Source of the DNA: an uncultured Candidatus Bathyarchaeia archaeon
GTDB lineage: Archaea > Thermoproteota > Bathyarchaeia > EX4484-135
Assembly (NCBI GenBank): GCA_964638535.1
Contig: CAZWYW010000002.1
Location: 1-56,370 of the forward strand
Direction of reading: 5' to 3'
DNA length: 56,370 bases
The notes beneath the pieces are model-generated. The model was given only the letters and a program-made list of their open reading frames with translations. It searched no databases and was not told the DNA's origin. The position numbers and the translations under genes were made by a program. Numbering within the stretch: the stretch's first letter is position 1; every line of letters begins with the position of its first letter. Positions 36,725-45,671 of this stretch are shown here, piece by piece.

Positions 36725-37685
36725 GACGCCCCTCTTAATCGATAGGTTCGGGAGGCCCGTGGACGGGCTTAGGATTTCCATAACTGATGCCTGTAATTTC
36801 GCCTGCATATATTGCCATAAGGAGGGCGTCGGGCCTGGGGCTGGCCCAGCTGGGCAGGAGCGCCTCATGAGCCCCGAGGAGCTGGGCCGTATCGCGCGCG
36901 TGGCCGCCGAGTTAGGCATCGTCAAGGTGAAGCTCACGGGCGGGGAGCCCACCCTCAGGCCTGACGTAGTGGACGTGGTAGCCGAGATAGCCGCCGCGCC
37001 CGGCTTAGTGGACCTCTCCATGACCACCAACGGCTCGAGGCTGGCTGACCTGGCCTACGAGTTGGCCGAGGCAGGCCTGATGAGGGTTAACGTGAGCTTG
37101 GACACGCTCGACCCTGCTAAGTTCAAGTTCATAACGGGCCGGGATTGCTTGCCAGAAGTCCTGGCCGGCATAGAAGCGGCCTTGGACGCGAGCCTAAGGC
37201 CCCTGAAACTCAACATGGTCCTCCTCAGGGGCCTCAACGACCACGAGGTATGGCGTATGGTGGAGTTCGCGCGGGAGAAAGGCGCTATCCTGCAGGTCAT
37301 AGAGCTGGTGCGCGCCCCCGGCGTCCCGGAGCGCTTTTACGCAGCTTATCACGCCGACCTAGCTGGCCTTGAGGCCGAGCTAGCCAGGCGCGCCGAGCGC
37401 GTAATCAGGCGCGAGTTACAGGACAGGCCCAAGTTCTTCTTGCCTGATGGGGCTGAGGTAGAGCTCGTCAGGCCCGTGCATAACAGCCGTTTCTGCGCGA
37501 AGTGCAGGCGCCTCAGGCTCACGGCTGATGGCCGCCTCAAGCTCTGTCTCATGAGGCCTGACGCGCTCGACCTGTTAGGACCCCTGAGGGCCGGCGTCAG
37601 TGATGAAGAGCTAAAGGCCATCTTCAAGCGCGCGGTAGAGCTCAGGGAGCCCTTCTACAAGGCCGATGCGATCGGGCAAAGCTAA
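36714..37685 (+). CDS. moaA: GTP 3',8-cyclase MoaA (radical SAM)
   Basis: LRISITDACNFACIYC is the radical SAM cluster motif, GGEPTLRP follows, and CAKCRRLRLTADGRLKLCL is the C-terminal auxiliary cluster region. The start is TTG. Confidence 0.9.
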   Translation: MSPKTPLLIDRFGRPVDGLRISITDACNFACIYCHKEGVGPGAGPAGQERLMSPEELGRIARVAAELGIVKVKLTGGEPTLRPDVVDVVAEIAAAPGLVDLSMTTNGSRLADLAYELAEAGLMRVNVSLDTLDPAKFKFITGRDCLPEVLAGIEAALDASLRPLKLNMVLLRGLNDHEVWRMVEFAREKGAILQVIELVRAPGVPERFYAAYHADLAGLEAELARRAERVIRRELQDRPKFFLPDGAEVELVRPVHNSRFCAKCRRLRLTADGRLKLCLMRPDALDLLGPLRAGVSDEELKAIFKRAVELREPFYKADAIGQS

Positions 37686-37715
37686 TAAGAGCCCCGAGGC
37701 CCCGAGTCCCTGGGT

Positions 37716-37791
37716 GCCGCCGTAGCTCAGGTGGTAGAGCGGCGGGCTGTTAACCCGTAGGTCGTGGGTTCGAGTCCCACCGGCGGCGCCA
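37716..37791 (+). tRNA. tRNA-Asn (anticodon GUU), 3' CCA encoded
   Basis: The cloverleaf is GCCGCCG-TA-GCTC-AGGTGGTA-GAGC-G-GCGGG-CTGTTAA-CCCGT-AGGTC-GTGGG-TTCGAGT-CCCAC-CGGCGGC-G-CCA. Confidence 0.9.
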
Positions 37792-37833
37792 ATCTCAGCA
37801 AGAGGAAAAAGGAGGGCAGGTCGGGGGCCTGTC

Positions 37834-38952
37834 TCATTTAAAGAGTTCGTAATCGTAGGCCGTGAGCCTCCTAGCCCGGTCTTCCTCGATCACGTAGGTG
37901 TCCTCGACCTTGATGGCCCCGAGGCCCGGTATAGTTATAGGCGAGTGGACAGATGCCAGAACCATGCCGCGCTCCACCGTGTATTGCCTATGGGCCGCGA
38001 CTATGGTAGTTATAGGGTCCTCCTCCACCAGCAGGCCTACTCCATGTGCGAAGCCGAGCACGAAATGCTTCTCGTAACCCTTCTCCCTGAAGTGGGCTTC
38101 TATAGCCTTCTGGACCTCGATTAACTTGACCCTGGGCCTAAGGCCCTCCTCGGCCAGAGAATGCGCTTCTAAGAAAGCCCTTAAGGCCTCCTCAGCTCCT
38201 TCCTTCGGCTTGCCCACGAAGACCGTCCTGGTCATGTCCGCGTAATAACCGCCTTGGTCGGCCGCTACCACGATGACCACGGGGTAGCCCTCCCTCACGT
38301 GTACGTCCGGCAGGGGCTCAGCGTGTATCCTGATGGATGGGCCAGCATTCACGTAGACGAGCGGGTGCCGTGCCCCGCTCTTCATGAGGACGTAATAGGC
38401 CTCGGCCGCCACCTCCAGCTCCGTAGCGCCGGGCTCCACGGCTTCAACAGCTGCTTCCATGCCCTTCGCGCAGGTCTCGGAGGCCCTCTCTATGAGGGTT
38501 ATCTCCCGCCGATCCTTAATCATGCGTAATTTCATGATAAGGCCGTGGACGTCCCCCACCTCCACTTGGCGGTTAAGCTTCTTGAAGAGCTCGAAGAAAA
38601 GCACGTAGGCATCGCGTTCCAGGCTGTAATCGAAGCCCACGACCTTGAAGCCCCCATCGCGTATGGCCCCGCTTACGGCCCTCATGAGCTCCTCGGCCCT
38701 CCTCCAAGTCCTTACGTCTTCTATGCCCGTCTGCTCCTTCAGCTCGGGAGCCTCGTCCTCGAAAGCGAAAGCTATCGGCTCGCCCTCGGCTGGCACTAAG
38801 AGGGCTGGCCTCAGCCATTTCACGCCCGTGAAATAGGCGAAGGAGGAGAGGGTCCTTATCATAGAAGCATCCACACCTGCCTCGCGCATCAGCTCTTGGA
38901 AACGCTCTATCCTACCGCGATATGGCTCTGGCTGCCCCAACTGGTACACCAC
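37834..38952 (-). CDS. M24-family Xaa-Pro aminopeptidase/dipeptidase
   Basis: A creatinase-like N-domain precedes the pita-bread catalytic domain, with metal-ligand regions (GYYADMTRT, FAHGVGLLVEE, VKVEDTYVI). Confidence 0.85.
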   Translation of the reverse strand: MVYQLGQPEPYRGRIERFQELMREAGVDASMIRTLSSFAYFTGVKWLRPALLVPAEGEPIAFAFEDEAPELKEQTGIEDVRTWRRAEELMRAVSGAIRDGGFKVVGFDYSLERDAYVLFFELFKKLNRQVEVGDVHGLIMKLRMIKDRREITLIERASETCAKGMEAAVEAVEPGATELEVAAEAYYVLMKSGARHPLVYVNAGPSIRIHAEPLPDVHVREGYPVVIVVAADQGGYYADMTRTVFVGKPKEGAEEALRAFLEAHSLAEEGLRPRVKLIEVQKAIEAHFREKGYEKHFVLGFAHGVGLLVEEDPITTIVAAHRQYTVERGMVLASVHSPITIPGLGAIKVEDTYVIEEDRARRLTAYDYELFK

Positions 38953-39002
38953 TAAACACCGCTAAGCCCAGCCTATAAGAAGTGCCCTCCGGTCATCAAA
39001 CC

Positions 39003-39260
39003 TCAAGCGCCCTGTTGGCGAACTTGGCTCTTCCAGAAGGCTGGCGGCGTCCACAAGACCCAGGCCGGGACGGCCTTGACGAACTCGAAGGCCTCCATCC
39101 AGTTCCTGAGGCCCAGTTTCCTGGCTAGCTCCTCGAGCGGCATGGCCGTCCGCACGTACTCCTGGAGTATCTCGAGCGTCTCCTCGTTGATCACGATTTC
39201 CTTACCGCCCACCCTGACCACTAGCTCGCCGTCGCGCTCCTCTACTTTAACGCTGCTCAT
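39003..39260 (-). CDS. small hypothetical protein (85 aa)
   Basis: The ORF from ATG 39260 reads MSSVKVEERDGELVVRVGGKEIVINEETLEILQEYVRTAMPLEELARKLGL... No family is recognised, but codon usage looks coding. Confidence 0.4.
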   Translation of the reverse strand: MSSVKVEERDGELVVRVGGKEIVINEETLEILQEYVRTAMPLEELARKLGLRNWMEAFEFVKAVPAWVLWTPPAFWKSQVRQQGA

Positions 39261-39374
39261 GGCTGGGCCGTCGGGCGCGGCTCCCTCAGATAAGCTTTTT
39301 GCGCCCCTCACAGCTCATGTTGGCCCACAAAGGTTAAAAACACGCTCTCAGCCCCGTAACTGGCGGGGCTGGCC

Positions 39375-39575
39375 TTGGGCTCGAGGCTGAGGGAGCTGAT
39401 ACCTAAGCCCAGGAGCAAGTTCCTGCGCGTCCGCTGCCCCAGGTGCGGTAACGAGCAGATAGTGTTCAGTCACGCCACCACGCGCGTGAAATGCTTCGTG
39501 TGCGGCACCCAGCTCGCCGAGCCCAGGGGCGGGAAGGCTAAGATACTCGGCATAATAGTCGAGGTGCTCGAGTGA
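39375..39575 (+). CDS. rps27e: 30S ribosomal protein S27e
   Basis: The C4 zinc ribbon is [42 protein letters not shown]. The start is TTG. Confidence 0.9.
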   Translation: MGSRLRELIPKPRSKFLRVRCPRCGNEQIVFSHATTRVKCFVCGTQLAEPRGGKAKILGIIVEVLE

Positions 39576-39637
39576 GACCCCCGGGCCACGAGACCTTATA
39601 TCTGCTGGTAAGTGCCATTTCCTGAGGTGTGCTATAG

Positions 39638-40051
39638 GTGCCCCCATCGGCCCATTACGCGCGAGTCCTAGTTCACGCGCCCTTCGCCGACCTATATCGT
39701 GGCTTCGCCAGGAGGCACGGGAACTGCTTCAGGAGGTGCTTGAGGCTCGAGGACGGACGCCTCCTGGGCATCATCTTGGGCGAGAAGTTCTTCTTCAGGA
39801 CGAGTAGCACGGCCTCCATAATGGTCATCTTGGAGGAGCGCGATCGCGCCCGGACCGTGGCCGAGATAATCTCACACGCGGGCGGGAAGGGTATCTTCGA
39901 TATCTCTTACGCGGCTCACACCGATTACGTGCACGAAGTGTTAAGCGATATAAGGGAAATGGGCTTCCGCTACGAGCTGCTTGAGGAGATAGACTACTTC
40001 GAGCCAGGCAAGGCGCCTTATGACCCAGACGAACCGCTTAAGCGGGCCTGA
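39638..40051 (+). CDS. hypothetical protein (137 aa)
   Basis: It has coding-like codon usage and its own TATA (CCTTATATCTG, 39593-39603). No family is recognised. Confidence 0.45.
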   Translation: MPPSAHYARVLVHAPFADLYRGFARRHGNCFRRCLRLEDGRLLGIILGEKFFFRTSSTASIMVILEERDRARTVAEIISHAGGKGIFDISYAAHTDYVHEVLSDIREMGFRYELLEEIDYFEPGKAPYDPDEPLKRA

Positions 40052-40062
40052 CGCAAGCTCGG

Positions 40063-40875
40063 GTGGAGGTGGCTGGCGTGCACGTGCTGAGGAAACGCGA
40101 GTGGCCACGTGTGGGCGAGCTCGTGGTGGCCACTGTAGATAGGATAACGGATTATGGGGCCTACGTGTTGTTGGACGAGTACGATAACAAGGAAGGATTG
40201 CTTCACATATCCGAGATATCATCGCGTTGGGTGCGTAACATACGCGATTGGGTGCGCGAGGGGCAGAAGGTCGTCCTGCGCGTGATAAGGGTGGACCCGA
40301 AGAAGGGCCACATAGACCTCTCGCTCAGGCGCGTGAGCGAGTACGAGAGGAGGGAGAAGTTCTTAGAGTGGAAGAGGAACAGGCGCGCCCTGAGCCTCCT
40401 GGCCTCGGCCGCCACTAGGCTCAACATGCCTGTGGAAAAGGTCGTAAAGGCCGTCTGGCCTAAGTTGGTGGAGGAATTCGAGGACGCTCTCGGGGGCCTT
40501 GAGGTAGCGGCCGACGAAGGCCCTGAGGCCCTGGTAGAACTCGGCATACCAGATAACATAGCTAAGGCCGTGGCTGAGGTAGCTGAAGAGCGCATAAAGA
40601 AGAGGGAGGTGAAGATAGCCGGCGTCTTGACGCTTACCTCCCTGGCCCCTGACGGCGTGGAACGCATAAAGAAAGCCCTGGTGGAGGCAGAGGGCGCCTG
40701 CCCCGAGGGGACGAGGGCTAGGATATACATCATAGGGGCGCCCAAGTATAGGGTCGAGGTCATGGCGGATGATTATAAGGTGGCCGAGAAAGCGCTGAGA
40801 GCCGTGGTGGACGCGGCTTTAAAAGCCATAAAAGAGCTGGGGGGTGAGGGCTCTTTCGAGAGGGAGAAGAAGTGA
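40063..40875 (+). CDS. eif2a: translation initiation factor aIF-2 alpha subunit
   Basis: The S1 domain reads GELVVATVDRITDYGAYVLLDEYDNKEGLLHISEISSRWVRNIRDWVREGQKVV...DPKKGHIDLSLRRV. The start may be a nearby downstream GTG. Confidence 0.9.
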   Translation: MEVAGVHVLRKREWPRVGELVVATVDRITDYGAYVLLDEYDNKEGLLHISEISSRWVRNIRDWVREGQKVVLRVIRVDPKKGHIDLSLRRVSEYERREKFLEWKRNRRALSLLASAATRLNMPVEKVVKAVWPKLVEEFEDALGGLEVAADEGPEALVELGIPDNIAKAVAEVAEERIKKREVKIAGVLTLTSLAPDGVERIKKALVEAEGACPEGTRARIYIIGAPKYRVEVMADDYKVAEKALRAVVDAALKAIKELGGEGSFEREKK

Positions 40876-41087
40876 AGTGGCTCATGAGGAAGTGCGTGAA
40901 CTGTGGCCGTTACACGCTCAGGCAGGACCGCTGCCCCGTCTGCGGCTCGGAGGTCAGGGTACCGCACCCGCCTAGGTTCTCGCCGGAGGACAAGTACGTG
41001 CGCTACAGGCTGAGGGCCAAGCTGAGCGGGGGACCGGGGGATAGCGGCGGGGAGCAACTCGAGCCAGAAGGAAATGCTTCTCAGTAA
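40872..41087 (+). CDS. nop10: H/ACA RNP protein Nop10
   Basis: MRKCVNCGRYTLRQDRCPVCGSEVRVPHPPRFSPEDKYVRYRL is a zinc ribbon plus the PHPPRFSPEDKY motif. The start is GTG 40872, which overlaps the aIF-2alpha stop, or ATG 40884. Confidence 0.85.
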   Translation: MKWLMRKCVNCGRYTLRQDRCPVCGSEVRVPHPPRFSPEDKYVRYRLRAKLSGGPGDSGGEQLEPEGNASQ

Positions 41088-41134
41088 TTTTCATGTGTCC
41101 TCCGGCATTCTTTAGGTTAAGTTAATTTTAAGGG

Positions 41135-42391
41135 GTGCCCACCACCTTGCGGTGGGGCGAAGTGCCGCACATCTCAAAGATCGGCAAGTACGCCGTCAAG
41201 AACCCGAGCGCCATCAGGGAGATACTCTCCGTCGTAGCCGATTTCGAGAAGCACCCCGAGAAGTACCCCAGGAAGCTCATTTACTTAGCAGGGGGCTGGC
41301 CCCAGGACCCCCCTCCGCCCGTGCTAAGGGAGGCCGCGCGGGAGCTGGCCGAGGACGAGGGGGCCTTTAACCTCTCAGCCCGCTACTGCCCTACTAAAGG
41401 CGATCCCGATTTCATCGAGGCCCTCGTCCGCTACGAGGAAGCCGTCTGGGGCAGGCGCGTGAGGGAGGGTGAAGATGCCATCATAGTGGGCTCAGGCAGT
41501 ACGGACCTCACGGCCGCCGCCATGATGGCCTGCCTAGACCCCGGCGATGAGCTCATCATCACCTGCCCCGGCTACCTGAACTACAAGCGCCAGGTCGAGA
41601 TAGAGAGTCTCCTGGGCGTCCAGGTAAAGTGGTGGCCTATCGTCAAGGACCAAGAGTACGCGCCCGATCCCGGCGAGCTGGCGGATATCATCACGGACCG
41701 GACCAGGCTCGTGATAATCACGACACCCGGCAACCCGGACAGCAAGGTCATGCCTGAGGACGTCCTCGAGGGCGTGATGGACGTGGCCGAGGAGAAGGAC
41801 ATATGGGTCATGCTCGACCTGGCCTACAGGGCTTACTTCTTCGATGAGGAGCCCAAGTACCTATCGAGGCCCAGGAGGCCTAACGAGATACTCATGTGTA
41901 CGCTCTCTAAGGAGTTCAGGGTACCCGGTTGGAGGCTGGCCTATGCCATAGCCGATCCCGGGCTCGTGGAGGCCATGAACGCCATAGAGCAGGCCAGGGT
42001 CCTCTGCCCCAGCACGCTGGCCCAGAAGATCCTGGTCAGGGCGCTCTCGACGGACGAGCGCCTCAAGGCCATCAGGGCCTATTACGACGCTGGCAGGCAG
42101 AAGTACGCCCGTGTGGCCAAGCTAGCTTACGAGGCCGTCCAGGATGCCATGCCTAAGGCCGTGCCGCTAGAGCCCCAGGGAGGCTTCTACGTCTTCTTCG
42201 ACGCCTCGGCTTATGACCCGCAATCTAGGAGGCTCTGCCGTAGGCTGTTAGAGGAAGTCCAGGTCGCCCTGGCGCCCGGGAAGGACTTCGGCATGGAAGG
42301 CTGGCTCAGGCTGGCCTACGCGCCCACCGTTGAGAAGCCCGAGCTCATCAGCGAGGCCATGGAGCGCATAAAGAGCGTGTTAGGTTCTTAA
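41135..42391 (+). CDS. PLP-dependent aminotransferase, class I/II (aspartate aminotransferase-like)
   Basis: TTPGNPD, MLDLAYRAY and TLSKEFRVPGWRLAY (PLP lysine) are present. The GTG start follows an AT-rich TATA region. Confidence 0.8.
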   Translation: MPTTLRWGEVPHISKIGKYAVKNPSAIREILSVVADFEKHPEKYPRKLIYLAGGWPQDPPPPVLREAARELAEDEGAFNLSARYCPTKGDPDFIEALVRYEEAVWGRRVREGEDAIIVGSGSTDLTAAAMMACLDPGDELIITCPGYLNYKRQVEIESLLGVQVKWWPIVKDQEYAPDPGELADIITDRTRLVIITTPGNPDSKVMPEDVLEGVMDVAEEKDIWVMLDLAYRAYFFDEEPKYLSRPRRPNEILMCTLSKEFRVPGWRLAYAIADPGLVEAMNAIEQARVLCPSTLAQKILVRALSTDERLKAIRAYYDAGRQKYARVAKLAYEAVQDAMPKAVPLEPQGGFYVFFDASAYDPQSRRLCRRLLEEVQVALAPGKDFGMEGWLRLAYAPTVEKPELISEAMERIKSVLGS

Positions 42392-42417
42392 GGGCTTGCC
42401 CCGCCCGGTCGGCCCGC

Positions 42418-42423
42418 TTTTTT
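42418..42423 (+). terminator. oligo-T terminator after the aminotransferase gene
   Basis: A T6 run in CGCTTTTTTGTCC lies 27 nt after the stop. Confidence 0.4.
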
Positions 42424-42445
42424 GTCCTGGCCCCTCGTGGAACAC

Positions 42446-42454
42446 TTATATAAT
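42446..42454 (+). promoter_or_regulatory. TATA box for the S8-L6 unit
   Basis: CTTATATAATG lies about 25-35 nt upstream of the S8 start codons (GTG 42478, ATG 42487). This is consistent with a leaderless or short-leader mRNA. Confidence 0.45.
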
Positions 42455-42477
42455 GCCCTAAGGCCCCAGCCGGTAAG

Positions 42478-42879
42478 GTGGCCGAAATGGTGATGATGGA
42501 TCCCGTGGCCAACGGGCTCACGGCCATAAAGAACGCGGAGATGGTGCGCAAGAAGGAGGTTGTGATATGCCCTGCCTCCAAGCTGCTGGGCGCCATACTC
42601 AAGGTCATGCAGAAGTACGGCTACATAGGGGAATTCGAGTATATTGATGATGGCCGGGCTGGCAAGTTCAGGGTCCAGCTCTTAGGCCGCATCAACAAGT
42701 GCGGTGCTATAAAGCCGCGTTTCCCCGTGCGCAAGGACGAGTTCGAGGAATGGGAGAAGCGCTACCTACCAGCCAGGGACGTGGGTATCCTCATAGTCTC
42801 GACCTCCCAGGGCGTGATGTCGCACCACGAGGCGAAGAAACGCGGGATAGGCGGCCGCCTGGTGGCCTACGTCTATTAG
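42478..42879 (+). CDS. rps8: 30S ribosomal protein S8 (uS8)
   Basis: [58 protein letters not shown]...[30 protein letters not shown] is canonical archaeal uS8. ATG 42487 is an alternative start. Confidence 0.9.
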   Translation: MAEMVMMDPVANGLTAIKNAEMVRKKEVVICPASKLLGAILKVMQKYGYIGEFEYIDDGRAGKFRVQLLGRINKCGAIKPRFPVRKDEFEEWEKRYLPARDVGILIVSTSQGVMSHHEAKKRGIGGRLVAYVY

Positions 42880-42908
42880 GCCCGGGAGGTGGCCTGTGCT
42901 AGGGGTGC

Positions 42909-43457
42909 GTGTCAGCCATGGCTTACCGGGAGTTCAGGGTGGTGGAGATACCGGACGGCGTCCAGGTGAGCGTGGAAGGCAAGGTAGTGCGCGTTAAAGG
43001 GCCTCTGGGTGAGCTCAAGCGTGATTTCTCCCACGCGCCCGTGGAGATAAGGCTGGACGGTAATAAAGTGGTCGTAGAGGCCTTTTGGCCCAGGAAACGC
43101 GAGAGGGCCATGGTAGGGACGGTAGCAGCCCACATAAGGAACATGATAACGGGAGTCACGAAGGGCTTCACGTATAAGATGAAGATAGTGTTCACGCACT
43201 TCCCGATCCAAGTGAGCGTGGAAGGTGATAAAGTAGTGATAAAGAACTTCTTGGGCGAGAGGGCGCCGCGCGTGGCCAAGATAATGCCGGGCGTGCGCGT
43301 GGAGGTCCAGAAGGAGGACGTGATCGTGAAGGGCATAGATATAGAGGCCGTGGGGCAGACAGCGGCTAATATAGAACAGGCCACGAAGGTGAAGGGCAAG
43401 GACACGCGTGTCTTCTTAGACGGTATCTACATCTACGAGAAACAGGTAGGCATGTAA
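42909..43457 (+). CDS. rpl6: 50S ribosomal protein L6 (uL6)
   Basis: It has the two repeated uL6 domains (VEGKVVRVKGPLGELKRDF...; MKIVFTHFPIQVSVEGDKVVIKNFLGERAPR...). Confidence 0.9.
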   Translation: MSAMAYREFRVVEIPDGVQVSVEGKVVRVKGPLGELKRDFSHAPVEIRLDGNKVVVEAFWPRKRERAMVGTVAAHIRNMITGVTKGFTYKMKIVFTHFPIQVSVEGDKVVIKNFLGERAPRVAKIMPGVRVEVQKEDVIVKGIDIEAVGQTAANIEQATKVKGKDTRVFLDGIYIYEKQVGM

Positions 43458-43523
43458 GAGCCCGTTAGCGAGCTGGCCCTTGGGCACGTATATTGAATAT
43501 AGCACACTTGCCCTGTCCTGATT

Positions 43524-44597
43524 TCAGCCCTTCAGCCACCTAAGCGTCTCTAGAGCCTTATCCAACTCCGCCTTGAAGACACCAACACAGGCATCACAGA
43601 CCCCCCCGACCCACACCAGGAACTCCTTGTAGCGCAGCAAACCGCAGCCGAAGAGGCAAGAGCAGGTCTCCCCGTATTCCTCGTAGAGACCCCTAGGCGA
43701 GAGCACGTAATCGCTCACGGCCAGGAGCTCGCCATCCGCGTCCAGCACGGCCAGGCCGTTCCTGTAAGTGAAATCAAGCTTGGAGACGCTGTGCCAGCCG
43801 ATTAGATACTCGTCTCCCGATAGCTTGACAGCGTTCGTGGACCAACCCACATGGCTCTCCCATTCCTCAGGCCCCATGACGGGCTCTAAGTGCTCCTCCG
43901 GCATCTCAAAGGTCTCTAGGTCGGCCCGGGCCCGCCAACAGAGCTTCACGCCCCTCACGACGGGCCTAGTGGCCAGGGTGGCCTCCCGCCCCTCGAGGCG
44001 CAGAAAGGCGCTATCGCGGTTAGAGGGCGCCCAGACGTTATCGCCCTTACGGGCCGAGAAGTAGCCCCTCCTTAGCACATTGAAATCCTCATCTAACTCG
44101 GCCAGGGCCAGGGCATCTGTCTTGACCGTCTGGCCCCCCAGCTTGTAGAGGCCCTTGCCGCAGTAGAGCACCAACCACCTGCCGGGCACCTTGAGCACCC
44201 GGGGGTCCTCGCAACCCAGGCGCTCCCAGGGGTTCTTGGGCCAGAGCACTATGCGCGTGGGTAGAGGCGTCCGGCCCACCTGGCCCGCGAGCAAGCCCTC
44301 AGCTGGCGCCCTCGCCACTCCCACGCTGGAGACGTAATTGTAGAACTCGAAGATTAGCCTGGCGAAGATGTAGAGCTCGTCGCCCACGAGAGCCGCGCCG
44401 GGGTTAAAAGCTGCTATCGGGAAGCGCCTGTGGTAGTTCGTGATGTAGAAGTCGCTAGGCCCTAAATAAGCAGCCCTCTCGAAAACATCGTTTATCTCCG
44501 GCTTCCTGAGGCCCTTAAGCTCTTTCAGGCCTTTCTCGGTCTTGGCCCAAAGGGCTTCCTCTACCACCTGCCAGCCGGGTGGCCCGCTCCCGCTCAA
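43524..44597 (-). CDS. GH130/DUF377-like beta-propeller glycosidase or phosphorylase (PH1107-related)
   Basis: FNPGAALVGDELYIFARL and GCEDPRVLKV, plus recurring aromatic-rich blades, resemble the GH130 / PH1107-related family. The start is TTG. Confidence 0.5.
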   Translation of the reverse strand: MSGSGPPGWQVVEEALWAKTEKGLKELKGLRKPEINDVFERAAYLGPSDFYITNYHRRFPIAAFNPGAALVGDELYIFARLIFEFYNYVSSVGVARAPAEGLLAGQVGRTPLPTRIVLWPKNPWERLGCEDPRVLKVPGRWLVLYCGKGLYKLGGQTVKTDALALAELDEDFNVLRRGYFSARKGDNVWAPSNRDSAFLRLEGREATLATRPVVRGVKLCWRARADLETFEMPEEHLEPVMGPEEWESHVGWSTNAVKLSGDEYLIGWHSVSKLDFTYRNGLAVLDADGELLAVSDYVLSPRGLYEEYGETCSCLFGCGLLRYKEFLVWVGGVCDACVGVFKAELDKALETLRWLKG

Positions 44598-44655
44598 GCT
44601 AGCGCACCGCCCAGAATTCGCCCTAGATGTATAAAAAGCTCGGGAGCGGCCTTCC

Positions 44656-45636
44656 TCAGGCCTCCAGAGGAAGGCCAGCGGCCAACACGGCCTTATACTG
44701 GGGCGAGCGAGCCCATTTCACGAGCTCCCTGATCCTAAGCACGGGCCAGGGCTGTGTCCTCCTGCCTATGGTGAGGCCCCTAAGCTTGTCTATGGCCCCG
44801 GATACCTTGCTACGGAGCTTAGCGAGCTTCCCCTCGGGGGCCTCCTGCTCCTGTTGGGCCTCGAGCTCTTCTGCCTGCCTCAGTAATTCTTCGATGTTTA
44901 TCTCGCTCCAGAGCTTCTTAGAAGGAGCGCCTAACTTGACGAGCGCTCTCACAGCGGCATCTAGATCTTGGCAGGCCAGCAAGCCAGCTCTGTCAGCGCT
45001 GAAGTCGGAGACACGGCTCCAGCTCAGGAGGGCGGCCTCAAGGCCCTTGCCTATTATCTCGCCTATGCCGAGCGTCATCCTGCCCACCAGGGCCAGGATC
45101 TGCGATATGTAATGGGCCATGGTCTGGTAGAGCGTGTGCTCGTAAATGAAGTGGCCCAGCTCGTGGCCTAACACGAAACGGAGTTCGTCATCGCCCAGCA
45201 CGTCTACGAGGCCCGTGCTGACCACTATCATAGCCTGCGTGACGCCCACGATGTAAGAGAACGGATGGGGGTTGCACTCCACGAAGAGCTCGGGGGGCTT
45301 AGGCACGCCCAAGGTCCTAGCGCAGTCCAAGTAGAGCTCGTAGAGGCTGGGGCACTGCTTCTCGCCCACCCTGAGGCAGCTGGCCAAGAGCTCCCGCCTT
45401 ATCTTGCCCTCAAGGCCCCACTCGATGATCTTCCTCGTCAGGGAGTCCAAGCCCTTCATCTTCTTAAGGGCCTCTAACGCCCGTTCGTCCGCCGGGTGCT
45501 TAAGCCCCTCAACGAGAGCACGGGGAAAACACAGCCTCTTAGTGTCCTGGGGCAAGGGCAGGGTCCCCTCCTTTTTCAGCACATATCGCGCGCTGGTCCT
45601 TAAAGGGCTTCCCACAGCTAACTCGGGTCTTCTCAC
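44656..45636 (-). CDS. M48-family zinc metallopeptidase
   Basis: The HExxH motif lies in VLGHELGHFIYEH, with a downstream E in the ...SADRAG region. No obvious transmembrane helices are present. Confidence 0.8.
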   Translation of the reverse strand: MRRPELAVGSPLRTSARYVLKKEGTLPLPQDTKRLCFPRALVEGLKHPADERALEALKKMKGLDSLTRKIIEWGLEGKIRRELLASCLRVGEKQCPSLYELYLDCARTLGVPKPPELFVECNPHPFSYIVGVTQAMIVVSTGLVDVLGDDELRFVLGHELGHFIYEHTLYQTMAHYISQILALVGRMTLGIGEIIGKGLEAALLSWSRVSDFSADRAGLLACQDLDAAVRALVKLGAPSKKLWSEINIEELLRQAEELEAQQEQEAPEGKLAKLRSKVSGAIDKLRGLTIGRRTQPWPVLRIRELVKWARSPQYKAVLAAGLPLEA

Positions 45637-45671
45637 GACTTATATGCTGGCGCCGCGTACTCAAGTCGGCC

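Noticed and set aside
38953-39002. C-box-like UUGAUGA on the minus strand between the M24 peptidase and the 85-aa ORF
   Set aside because: There is no CUGA D box or C'/D' pair at archaeal spacing. The segment is better explained as the peptidase promoter (CTTCTTATAGG).
43485-43505. Palindrome TATAT-TGA-ATATA between the convergent rpl6 and glycosidase-like genes
   Set aside because: It is short and AT-only, in a convergent terminator region. It most likely contributes to termination, and nothing suggests more.
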